A DNA stretch of 61,627 nucleotides, filler included, from Hausera hauseri (Eukaryota), in assembly GCA_046269625.1 (NCBI GenBank). It is 10 parts of 10 records of this genome, joined end to end, with 100 filler letters (N's around TTAATTAATTAA, not from the genome) between each part and the next. Parts side by side here need not be neighbours in the genome. Positions count along the whole stretch, not along the records: positions 26,752 to 34,429 come from JBJURY010000681.1; positions 34,530 to 44,752 come from JBJURY010219964.1; 8 more parts are not named here. The stretch is one strand, 5' to 3'. A program made the position numbers and the translations under genes. The first letter of the stretch is position 1, and every line of letters begins with the position of its first letter. The notes beneath the pieces are model-generated. The model saw only the letters and a list, made by a program, of their open reading frames with translations, did no database searches and had not been told where the DNA came from. Shown here one piece after another: positions 26,752 through 38,655 of the stretch.

Positions 26752-27270
26752 GCTGGTTTCAAAATATCTGGGATTGAACACACTCACCCACTCTTGTTGA
26801 AACGAAAGTTATACGACATGAAATTGACTTTGGAAAAGATACCCTCGAAAAGTACACTAGATTTAATCGACAAGAAAGAAAGACTAAAAGAAGCAAGTCG
26901 AAGAGCATTTAACTCAGGATTTCTCCACAAAGAACCAATAAGATTACAAACCGAAATGACTTTCTCCTGCTTCAGATATGTGTCTTATATGTATGTATCT
27001 GTGCAACTTTATGGATGTGAAGCACTGGAAGTTAACATCAGCTCACAAAACTCATCTAATCATCATCATCATCAAGTGCCTTGCCTATTGGCGTTGGATA
27101 TAATGTCTCTCCGCATCTCCCTATCTTTTGTGCTAGATATAAAACCTGTAAATGACTTCTGACCATGAAATGCCAAACCCTTTATAAATCCTGCCTCTGT
27201 CTTCCCCTGGCTCTCTTTCCTTCTGTTTCGCCTGTTGGTATTGCGTTTTCTATTCTCCCCTTTCTAATTA
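26752..27270. mobile_element. Non-LTR (LINE, RTE/L2-like) 3' fragments
   Basis: Plus strand ..VQLYGCEA..; minus strand GKRARGRQR followed by an (ATG)n tail. Confidence 0.45.
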
Positions 27271-27327
27271 CATGTCCACACAATGCTGAGTGTTATTATT
27301 TATTATATTTCAAACATTAAATTAAAC

Positions 27328-28460
27328 ACATGGAAATTAGCGCATTGTGCAGATTGTCATCAAAATCCGCGATGTCCTAAAGATGCAGAAGATTATGAAA
27401 AAGTATAACTGATTACGATGAATACAATATTAATTGTTAAATGAACGAAATTTTACAGGCAGTCAGGTACAATTACAGTTGTGATGAACAATTTGCATTA
27501 ATTGAAGTTATTGGTATGGTGAAATCAGTACAGAGTCAGTTGATAAAATTAGATGCGAGTTATTCTGAAGGAATCCGTAATGCCATTTATGTAGAATTGC
27601 AGTCATTTGTGCAATGTACACTGAATGAACCATATAGAAAGGCACAGAAGAATAAGAAGACAATTATTTCATGGCTTATTGATAGTATTCGTGCAGCATG
27701 TCAGGATAAAATTGCGTCATCATCATCGTCATCGTGTATAGGAACTGGAACAGGAGATGGGAATAATGAAGGTGGATTAGCAAAGAGTACAAGTAGTAGT
27801 ACATTAGGATCAGCAGGGACAACATCACAACAAGGTACTGGAGGAGGAGGAGGAGGAAAGAAACAATCGATAATTAGTGGTAGTGAACAACAAGCAGCAA
27901 CAGAATCAATAAGACAACGAATGAAATGTCGAGATGTAGGTCCATCATCCACACAATTGTATTTAGTACGAACAACAGTAGAATCGATGGTAGCTGTTCG
28001 TGCCGGTGGTAAAAATTCATTACGAAAAGATCTCGATCCATCGAGTATTGCTGCATTGGAACAATTCCATCGACAATCATTCTATTGGCCATATCTACTT
28101 AATTTGAGTGAAACTGTCTTTCATTGTTGTGATATGAGTCAGTTCTGGTTTCGGGAATTCTTCCTCGAATTAACAAATGGTCAACGAGTACAATTTCCCA
28201 TTGAAATGTCAATTCCATGGATACTCACTGATCATATCTTGGAAACTCAGAATCCCGCATTTACCGAATTACTTCTTTATCCTCTCGATCTTTACAATGA
28301 CAGTGCTCGATCTGCTTTATTGACATTTCAGCGACGATATCTTTATGATGAAATTGAGGCTGAGGCTAATTTGGCATTTGATCAACTCGTTTTCAAATTA
28401 GCTGGACAAATATTCGTTCACTATAAACAATATGCAGCATCTATTTTACTGGACATATAA
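27328..28460 (+). pseudogene. CYFIP: CYFIP/Sra-1 internal fragment (exon 27328-27402, 56-bp intron 27403-27458, exon 27459-28460)
   Basis: WKLAH..CP..AEDYEK|AVRYNYS, VGPSSTQLY.VRT, CCDMSQFWFREFFLE, QFPIEMSIPWILTDHIL, LYPLDLYNDSA, LYDEIEAE.NL.FDQLVFKL; GT-AG intron; homology starts and ends abruptly. Confidence 0.88.
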
Positions 28461-28631
28461 CATACCGATGTCCCTCTTGTACATTAACATATCAGAATGC
28501 CAACGCCTTTACAAAGCATATGAGAGAAACATTTTGTAAAAGTATTTACTTTTCGTCAACGCGAACAGTCCTTTGAAAATTTAAGTTATTTATTTTTACA
28601 TGCCCGACGAACCCATGTCAATCCGAAGAAA

Positions 28632-30720
28632 ATGAAGTTAATTTTAATCTCAACGACTTATTTCGTCTTAACAATCGGAATTTTGGTCTTTCTGTCGGGA
28701 TTTTTGATGAAAAGATCTGAAATTCATGATGTGGCAACTTGCGAACAGAATTTCGAATTCTGCCAATATTCCCCATACAAGCAAATTGTAATTCTGTTGG
28801 TCGATACACTGAAATTCGAATTCATGGATCCCGCACTTCTAAAATCCAGTTCCAATTATTTCCACGGTCGACTCAACGTTATTCATTCATTAACAGCCCA
28901 GTCTAATTTGTCTATGTACATCGCTTATTTCACATCAGACCCACCGACGACTACTCTTCAAAGAATCAAAGGTTTGACGACATGTTCATTGCCGACGTTC
29001 ATCGACATCAGTAGCAATTTTGGTAGTACCAAATTGCAAGAGAACAATCTCATGAGTCAGTGGGCCAATTCGAAATGTAACTTGAAATTTGTCGGTGACC
29101 AAACATGACCGGATTTGTTCCCGTCACAATTTAACACGTCACAGCCCCATCCGTCGTTCAAGGTCAAGGACCTGGACACTGTCGATCGGCACGTTGAACA
29201 ATTTATTCTGAATTCTTTTGTCGACAAATCCGGCACGAATGTAGCACCAGAAATAATTGTCGAACACACGCTCGGTATCGATCATTGCGGTCATACGTTC
29301 GGTAGGAATCATGCGCAGATGCAAAGGAAATTGGAGGAATTGAATGGTTTTCTGAAGCAGTTGGTGGATCATGTCGATAACGAAACCCTACTCGTCGTAT
29401 TCGGTGATCACGGAATGACGTCAAATGGAGATAATGGCGGTGATTCTGAAGAAGAAACTGATTCTGGTTTATTGATTGTATCGGGAAAACAGTTAAATTA
29501 TCACAAAAAACACAAAGCCATTCCAAATCCATGGCAGTAGAAACACTAAATCAAATTGACTGGGTTCCACCGTCAGCTGCTATGACCGGTGTTGCGATAC
29601 CGTTTTCCAATTTAGGTGTATTAAAAACGGATTTGATGGTGTCCAATAAGCGTGAGGAACTTTCTATTAGCCAAAATGTAAAGCAGATTGCCAAGTACGT
29701 AAATGAATACAAAAACCGATTTGGAAATCTTAACCTGCTTTCCGAATTGAAACGATTTCTTAGTCATGTATTAAACGAGTCTTTGTTTAAAACTGAGCAA
29801 TCTCTTCGAAATTTACGTGATATTCGGGACTTCTTCAAAACAAAATGGGCACGATTTAACATCCCACCGATAGTTGGTGCTATTTTCTGTTGCATACCGC
29901 ATGTAGTGGTGTGCTCAATATCATCATCCAGGTCAAAATCAATGAACGAATACCCACCATTCGAATGTTAACTTACTCCGTTTATCTGATCGTTTCAATA
30001 CTTTTGTTAGTTTCCCACAGGGGACACGTTTTCTGGATTATTCGGAATGCTACTTGTTGTCGAATTAACTCGAACTAAAGTCCAGAATGTTAAATATAAT
30101 TTGTCGTTTGACTACATGACTTATTTTGTGATACTTATCGGTCTCCTGAGCAATCTGCTTTGCTTTAGCAACAGTTTCATCGTATCTGAGGACCGAATTG
30201 TACAGTTTTTCTTGCAGACCATTTTAGGAGACAAGTTTGTCCAATGTTTATGTCCCTTGACAAAAAATTTCTCACAAAAAAGTTAAACAAAAACCGAACA
30301 TTTACGAATCTCTTTGGAAAATTCGCGAATTCAAGACAGTTTTGGTTCAGTTTCCTTTTTGCTTGTTTTGGAATGTTCAGCTTATTTTTGGGTTTAAGTT
30401 ATAAAATAGGTCGTGAGGAACAGAAAGGCTGGTATGAAACAATGAATTTCAACGACCTGAATATCAGATGGCTGGTTATCTTACCCCCTGTTCTTGTGAT
30501 CGTTTATACACTTTGGCTTGGACACAGTGAAAATAACTGCTCAACTACATTTAACGTGCTTTTTGCCAAGTATTTTATACCCCTATCCACAGTCTTTTTA
30601 TTTTTTCATCTCTCGTTACAATTGGTGAGCGATTCTCGTTATGAACATATGTCAAACATTTCGAATTTTCCCCAAGGCGCCATTTTCTATTTCATTATTC
30701 GTTCTCGTTGTCCTCTTTGC
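28632..30720 (+). pseudogene. PIGO: GPI ethanolamine-phosphate transferase 3 (PIG-O/Gpi13), disrupted
   Basis: GFLMKR, DPPTTTLQRIKGLTT.SLPTFID, PSFKVKDLDTVD, LGIDHCGH, GDHGMT..GD.GG, IPFSNLG, FSNSFIVSE; Trp-to-TGA at ~29106, frameshifts, 3' truncation. Confidence 0.88.
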
Positions 30721-31198
30721 AAATCCTTTAATGATGGTCGAACATTATTGAAACCGAACATTTCTATTCTAGCGACCTATCAACTGTTGAGGGAGTACCA
30801 GTCTTCAAATAGATCGATCGTTGTTCGAGGACATCCTGATCCCCTAGTTCAAGCTAAATCAGTCTCTTGCCTTCAGCAACTTCAAACGTTTGCTCAGTTT
30901 TTTTTTCACACGGCGCAGAGCCCTCTAACTATCCCGTGTTCTACAGCCGTCATGGACCAAGGACTAAGAAAAAGGTCGGTGAATTTGTTACATTGCTATT
31001 TAATCATTGCTATTTAACCAGCAGTTGCCGCTATAATTGACGGTCCCAAAATTATGTATGACCCTGTTGTTAAAATAGAACTCGGTCGTCATAACCCTTC
31101 TATTTTATGCCCAAGGGACTTTAGAAAACTAGATGCAGGCAAACGTCAACTATGCCGGAGACGCAGAATGCCCTTTCTACCGTTAACCACCCTACATT

Positions 31199-34100
31199 TT
31201 GGTGCCCGCCTCACAGGGGCGGGAATCCCGACCGCCAACCCTGCGCCGGTCGGTCGGACGGCGCCTTCGGCGTTGGTCCGACATCACGCCCCCAGGCGCA
31301 CCACTGCTTTGACTTCCATTTTCTTTTTCAACAATACACATATCTATACTCTCAATACATCATACCCACACATTCCAAACCTTCGTACCTCTATTTCTCT
31401 TTTACTCAATTCTTCCGACTTTTATTTCATTCATAACGGCGCTATCATACCTCTCACCGGAACCTTACCTTCTCTCTCAAACCACACTTGCCTCCATATA
31501 CATCCCCGTATCCGTGGTGGCATGAACTCTCCGCCAATTATTGACACCACGGATGCAACCACCACAAAAAAGGCAATACCCATTCTCTACTACTCCAGAC
31601 CAAACCATCCACCTACTTCAGCCGATGCAAATTCTTCTCACAAAAATCCTTTCAGTACTTCTCCACATTGTCCTGAATACTTCATAGATAATGAAAAGTC
31701 CAGCAAAACTTGGCTCCATTTCCATCAACTCTTGTTAGAGTCCAACGGTATCACAGACTAGTTATCCAAAGCCTATAACCTACTTTATCTTCTACCAAAG
31801 TCTATAAAGGCCTCAATCCATAACTTAATGGACATCTTTCAACACTCTGACCTTATACCCAATTGTTCGATGCTGTATTAAAACAGACAGAACCATCAAT
31901 TGGTTGAATAATGCAACGCTTCTTTAATGAAAACGCAATGGGGACACAAAAATTTAGTGATTTCGTACGCACCTCGTTGGCTCACTTACGTACTCTTGGC
32001 GTAACCAAGGAATATAATCCAGACCTCCTACGCCATTATTTTCTCAACGTGTTACCTATTCAAATCCGGACCCTATTTACCGTGGTGGGGGACTCCGCGC
32101 CGCTTGAAAAGTTGCCCGAATTAGCCGATAGGACATACGAAGTCCTACACGTAAATTCTCCACCAGTCGTTTTTGCAGCAGTTGCCGCTAACGATAATGC
32201 ATCCATAGAACAACAACTTAACCAGCTACGTTCTGAAAACATAGCACTACATGCAACAATTAATAACATCAATAATAAATTAAACGAATTGTCTCTGTCC
32301 CGCCGAGAGGGTTTTGCCGCCAACCGCACCCGTTCTGCGTCTAGAAACCGCTCACCATCACCTGCGCGTTCGTCGATCTGCTATTACCACAGCAGATTTA
32401 ACACTAATGCTCAGAAGTGCTGCCTAAGATGCAAGTTTTACAACAAGAATTTTTCCTCGGACACCTTTGTTTGCATCGACCATGCTAGGTTCAAAAATCA
32501 AGCTGGTAAATGTATTCTAGGCTGCACTTTCAAATCTAACACGAATGATGGACGTACTGCCTTTCCTTCTAATATTCGTCCTAATTCACCATTTCAAAAA
32601 ACTAAGTTCCCCGCCAGAAGTCACGGCAAACTTTGGCAAAGGCACTACTTCACATTCTGAACACCGACACGTCTCTTCTGCTGTCTTTACTCTAAAGGCT
32701 GCAATCACTGCTTCTACAACGCAATCTGTTGACTTCCTCATTGATACAGGTGCAGCGATTTCTCTATTACCACAAACCTTGCCTGCACAAAATGCTCCAT
32801 TCAAACTTAATCCCTTATATACTGCTTCAGGCCAACCGCTGCACATTTCTGGTATGGCTATACTGTCTTTCACTTTACCAAACTTTCTTTCACCCTTCCA
32901 CTAGACGTTCACAGTCGCTAACGTCCAGACAGCAATTCTAGGATCAGACTTTCACTCATAGTATAATTTACTGGTTGACTGCAGTCAACAATGTTTTAGG
33001 AACGGTACCACTGGCGACATTTCTAGACATATAAATAGCGTTTCGACTACCGCGCAGTCGACCGGAATGCGGAAGCCAATATTAAAAAAGTCAATTCATA
33101 ATTCGATTTTTTCTAACAATAATTCCAAACGTAAAATTTTAAATAATAATATTGAACGAATCGTCTCTGTCCCGCCGAAGGAGTTTTGTCGCTGCCACTA
33201 ACGTTAACTTATTCTACAACATTACTTCATCCAACACCATTTTCAATTCAACCATCTTACACCAAATACCACTTGGCTGCACATCAACAAACAACTCACA
33301 TATTGCATCTGCTACTACTCAAGCCGTTTCATCACTTTCACCGAATCTCTCATAGTTACCTACAACTTTACAACAGTTCGTCAACACATCATGTCCACGC
33401 GTACTTAAAAAAGACCGTACCCTTACTTCCGCAAACAGCACTTTACACCACATAGTCACGCAGCACCAACGTCAAATACGACAAAAAGTACGGCCTCTGT
33501 CGCCTCGTAGTAGATAGGCCGTAGAAGCCGAATTTCTTGAGATAGAACGTTCCGGCATAGTACGCCGTTTTAAATCTCCTTGGTCATCACCTCTACACGT
33601 TGTACAAGAAAGGACGGTACTTTTAGACCATGCGGTGACTACCGACAGCTGAACAACTTGACTATTATGGATGCATACCCTTTACCATTCATCAAGGATA
33701 TCCTGTATCGACTTAATTCAACCACCATCTATTCGACCATTGATTTAGCTAAAGCATGCCATCAAATACCTGTAGCACCCGAAGACATAGAAAAAACTGC
33801 TGTAACTACTCCTTTTTGTCTCTACGAATACATGTTTATGCTATTCGGTTTGAGGAATGCCGCACAAACTTTTCAGCGGCACATCGATTCAATTCTTTCA
33901 GATTTCCCGTTTGCACACCCTTATATCGATGATATTCTTGTTGTTTCATCGTTGGCCAAACAACACGAAGAACACCTTCGTAAAATTTTTCAACGTCTTA
34001 ACTACTATAATCTCCAAGTCAATTTCGACAAATGCCAATTTTTCAAAAAGCGCATTAACTTTATAGGCCATGTTATTACACCAGACGGTCATTTTCCCCA

Positions 34101-34429
34101 ATCAGACCGAGTCGAAGCTCTTAGAAACATCCGGCTGCCATATACGACCACCGAAATGCGTACCTTCCTTGTCACACTACACTTTGTACATAAATATGTA
34201 CCATATTGCTTGGAATTAACAGCACCATTCGCACACCTATGCGGCAGCAAAAACATCAGCCAATCCAGTGGACACCTGAATTGGTTGACAAATTTGACAA
34301 ACTACGTGACGGAATCAAAACTGTAGATATCCTCGCTTTTCCGAAGCCTGATGCAGAGCTCATCCTCACCACTGACGCGTCAACCACTGCTGTAGGCGCT
34401 GTACTCCACCAAATTCACAAGGGAGAAAA
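31199..34429 (+). mobile_element. Ty3/Gypsy element, family B copy 3, from PBS-like site through gag to RT and the start of RNase H
   Basis: ..CTACA-TTT-TGGTGCCCG PBS-like junction; gag; FLIDTGA; RPCGDYRQLN, FGLRNAAQTFQR, YIDD, LTTDAS; cut by contig end. Confidence 0.9.
31309..31521 (+). CDS. Ubiquitin-like domain fused in frame N-terminal to Gag
   Basis: 71 codons: LTSIFFFNNTHIYTL..IPNLRTSI..DFYFIHNG...TCLHIHPRIRGG then ATG; compare ubiquitin STLHLVLRLRGG. Confidence 0.65.
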
Positions 34430-34800
34430 NNNNNNNNNNNNNNNNNNNNNNNNNNNNNNNNNNNNNNNNNNNNTTAATTAATTAANNNNNNNNNNNNNNN
34501 NNNNNNNNNNNNNNNNNNNNNNNNNNNNNAAATATATAAGATGATCGAAGAAACAAACTTTATGCGGAAACGGAATGCGACTTGTGATTTCTATCCAAGA
34601 CTGAGAGATATCCGCCTAAAAGGGATCCAACATTTGACAGCCAATCCCATTGAGGAAGTTACAATTCGAGATCTTAAAACCTTAGACTTTTGTCCCGAAT
34701 ATCGGTCAATTGTTGAAGAAGCGGTGCAGTTCTTACATCGTCCAAGAATGGAGGGATGGAAAGGACCAAAGGCATCATATCGAACTGATTAAAATGAAGA

Positions 34801-36160
34801 ATGACCACCACCTTAGCTTCGAAGAGATTAAATTTATAAAAATTATTAGATGCGATAGATCCAGATTTAAAAAGTATTAACGAGATGTATGAAGTAGCGC
34901 TAATGATGGCAGAAATGGCAGGGATCAGTGACAAGAAATTAAGACACTTGTAGCAACAGATACAGCAAGTCGAAGAAACTTGCATTAAGACCAAATAGAG
35001 AGCGATGAGATTAGACGAACTACCTAGAGAATTCGAAGTCTATAAAAACAAATACGCCCTGACAGAAGCAGAAAAGGCTGACAAGTCGAAATTCGTTCAA
35101 AGGTGGCAAAAAGATGTCACTTCCGAACTAACAAGCTATCAAGAACAAGGACTGATTTTGGCTGAAGAATTATGTTCGTTGTTAACACTGCTATACCAAA
35201 CTTCTACGAATGGGCGCTGTTTCCGAACGACGAAAATGGTCCAATTGCAACAGATCCTACAGGAACTCCGAAAAACCATAGAGATTGCAGGTGTAAGTGG
35301 ACCAACCGATATAACCACAAGGGGCTATCAACTGCCGGACGATGAAACCAAACCAGATTGGGAGACATATTTAGACGCAATGATTGCCGAAAACCCAAAA
35401 ACTCCCATACGATTAAGTGAAATGCAGATATATTCTTCGGACCAAAGATTTAACGTGGGAATGCTTCTGGACCCAGCACAAACCGAAAAAGATTTAATTC
35501 AGTTGACTGAAGTAAACCTCACTGAAATTCAATTAAGACAGTTGGTCCCTATTCTAACTAAATTAGCTAGCGAAGGTACGATTTTTAGTACAGTACCTAA
35601 GCTTTTACTCAAAGAATATGCTAAAATCCTAAAGACAAGGGCCGAGGAAACGATTATTGCAAAGATAGCATCTGACTGGATGAACGAGAAGGAACATGAG
35701 TTCACTACGCGCTCCCTTGTAAAGGATGTATTATTGTGGATAAGGAACAATGGACACGCCCATGAGCTGAGCTATAGACTTTATTTTAGAGGGAGGATAC
35801 TAGATGAATCGGAACTATTAATAAAAGTCGGAATTATTCCAGGTGAAGTAAATCAGGTAGTGGTAACCATTACTACCGACGAAACAAAGGAGGAGGCTAT
35901 AAGGAAGGATAAAGCAGAACAGTGAGTAGGTCGAATAATAGGAGTCCAAGATGAGGCAGTATATTTCGAGCACCTGCAGACGAACGAAGATAATGAGCAA
36001 TACAATAAAAATTTAGTACCCATCAACGGCAGTGTGCCTGCTGTAACAAAACAGAAGCATCCTGTCGGTAGACCACGAAAGACAGGAGAAGAAATCAACT
36101 ATAATGGAGACCTAATCAGAGTTGAGGCAAATGTCTATACCAACTTTCAGTGTGGACAAT
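34801..36160 (+). pseudogene. Accessory protein with ubiquitin-like domain (~35653-35868) and AT-hook (~36058-36081)
   Basis: One frame with a few stops, including ORF 35005-35925; SLVKDVLLWI..YRLYFRGRILDESELL..VGI.PG; HPVGRPRK. Confidence 0.55.
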
Positions 36161-36587
36161 AAAGAACTGAACGAACTTATGAAAAATTTGATACGAATAG
36201 TAAAACACTCTAATCTCGGCGGTGATATATTAGGTGAGAAAGAGAAGGCCATATCTAATGCTGCTAAGGCCATGAAGGGCCTTCGGTGTAAATTAGTTAG
36301 AAGTACCTTAAGCGATGAAGTAATGATTGAGAGAATTATGGGGGAAAATACCATAGAAGAATTAAGAAAAAGTTGCTATATCTGGCTATCAAAACTAACC
36401 CAAACCGAGAGAATAAATTTAACAAGGCCACTAGCTTGGCAAGGAGGGCTTCCAAAAAACTACCTCTGGAAGTGAACTGGTCAAAGTTATTCGAGAAAGA
36501 AGAAGAACATCAAAGTAGATTCCTTTAGGTAACAATAGATTCGAAGATCTGCTACGAAATGTAAACGGGAATCACAGAGGAAATGAA

Positions 36588-38516
36588 TTGAACTGGCTAA
36601 TCCGCTTGCTGACCATTATGATGTTAATAAGACAGTTGGGTGCAGTTACAATATATGATTGTGACAAATTTAGACTTGGCCAAAAATACTCATTAATGGA
36701 CTTAGAAATGTTCGAAGACGCGAGACCACACAAATTAGAAACAAAAGAGAAAAGTTACGTACTATATCAGAAACGCGAACTAATTACATTGGATAGAGTA
36801 AAATGTTTGTTGCGGCGATCTCGCAGCATTTTCTATTGTGGACTGGTACAAGGACACTCGTCAGTAATTAAGCCAACAGCCTCACTAATGCCGATGAATT
36901 TAGAACGTCAGCATTGTAAGCAAACTAGAGAGACGTGAAGAATAAAATGGGACGGCATGAAACTGGAAATGCAACAAGGAAAAATAATCAAAGTGTATAA
37001 AGTGGTGGCAGGAAGACTAGACATGCACACCGGACATTGTCATTGTGCGGAATACGATACCGGGAAAGAATTAGAGTCGAAAATCGTAGTAGTAAATTTT
37101 TATAAAACCGAAATGCGCATACAGGAGGTGATGTTCCATAGCGTTACTAAACTCTACACCGAGAACCACAAGTGCCACATTCAGGATGGCACATGCCCAT
37201 TCCGAAGTTCCGTAGTAATTTTGGAACCGCCGACTAAGGCCGATTGCAAGTTTATTAGAATTAAGGAGCTTAAATTCAATGAGGCGACGGGGAAACGGTA
37301 TTTAAGTAGTACAGAGACTAATTCTAAAACACGAAAAGATGTGGCTGAACAGTCCACACCTACGATACTAATCTTTGATACTCACGGACTAAAGTTTGTG
37401 AAGAAAGATGTACTCACAAGATGTGACGTCATAATGTACGCCACTAGATATGAAGCATTTTTCGTCGCGGAGACGGAAATAAGCGCCAGAACGTTCAAAC
37501 TTGAGACTCGGGACATCCGGATTGAAGATTACTTGAAAAACAGAGATGATTATTTCTACTATAAGGGACAAGCAGGAATAGCCGAGCTTTACCACAAAAT
37601 GATAACGAACGACTGCCAGTTGGATTTGGAATTCATGAGGACTAAGATGCCCCTAATATATGCCAATCCCGAGTTGGCATCACCAATAATTCATATGAAG
37701 GAAGGTGTTTTTGGACGGGTAACCGTAGAGATCTTATTAACATATGAGTGTGAGGAGAAAGATGTACCTATTAATGTGGAAGAGAAGAGGTGTATACAAG
37801 AGCTTCCCGTAATATTTCAGGACGTACCTAGATTAGTAACACAAATTACATGAGTATTGTTGGCAAATTCTACGCAACCGACAGTCTTGAGAGATTGCAA
37901 GACCAGCCTGGGCGAAACGATGTTTAGACGTAGCGAAATCGACTGGGTAAGTTTACCGAACGGCGGTATTATTGCACCGCCTACCAAGTTGACAGGGACA
38001 AATTTAATAAAAGGAATAACCGATGATAAATTTCAAGATACCGCCGCAAAGAGTATTCACCGACCAAAAGAAGTAGAGGCGTTCAGACAATTTCTCGCCT
38101 TTCCTCGTTAGCGTAAGCACGAACTGAATAGAGCAGTGGATACAATATTAGAGGATTCGTGCTACCAAGCGAAATGGGAGTCATTATTCGGTGATGGATA
38201 TTATAAAAAGGTAACTACGGAAATATTACATAAAATCTGGGGAAGATTCCTGATATTCGGACAAGCCGCGTCAGGATTTTTAGCGATATATTTCTTAATT
38301 CAACTGGTAAAAGCTATAATTCAAGCAATCATAAATGGATACGAAATATTCACCTTGACAGGATTCTGGTGCAAAATTTTGACGGCTATTATCACGCCCT
38401 TTGGCAAATTCTTAAGGGCTTGCAAAGAAAGTAGATGGAAAACTAAAATGGAACGGCACATAGGCTATCAAATCGAAATCGTAAAAGAAGGTACCTATTC
38501 AAGCGAGATTTTATAA
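36588..38516 (+). pseudogene. env: Chuvirus-like envelope glycoprotein
   Basis: One frame across ORFs 36588/36957/37857/38136 with three internal stops; hydrophobic leader then IYDC, KC..RSIFYCG..HSS, LY....DCQL, NPE....KEG.FG...E....C, CIQELPV, PP, F.AFP, C-terminal hydrophobic IWGRF..FGQAASG..IY....K.II..IINGY. Confidence 0.78.
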
Positions 38517-38655
38517 ATACTATGAAGAAATAACTCAGACGATGACGAGCCTAAGGAAGGAGACGCTATACCCAAGTCGAACATACATAGAAACCATTCT
38601 ATTGTGAAATTACCACTACCAATACTGCCGTTGACGGTACCTGTATACGAAGACT

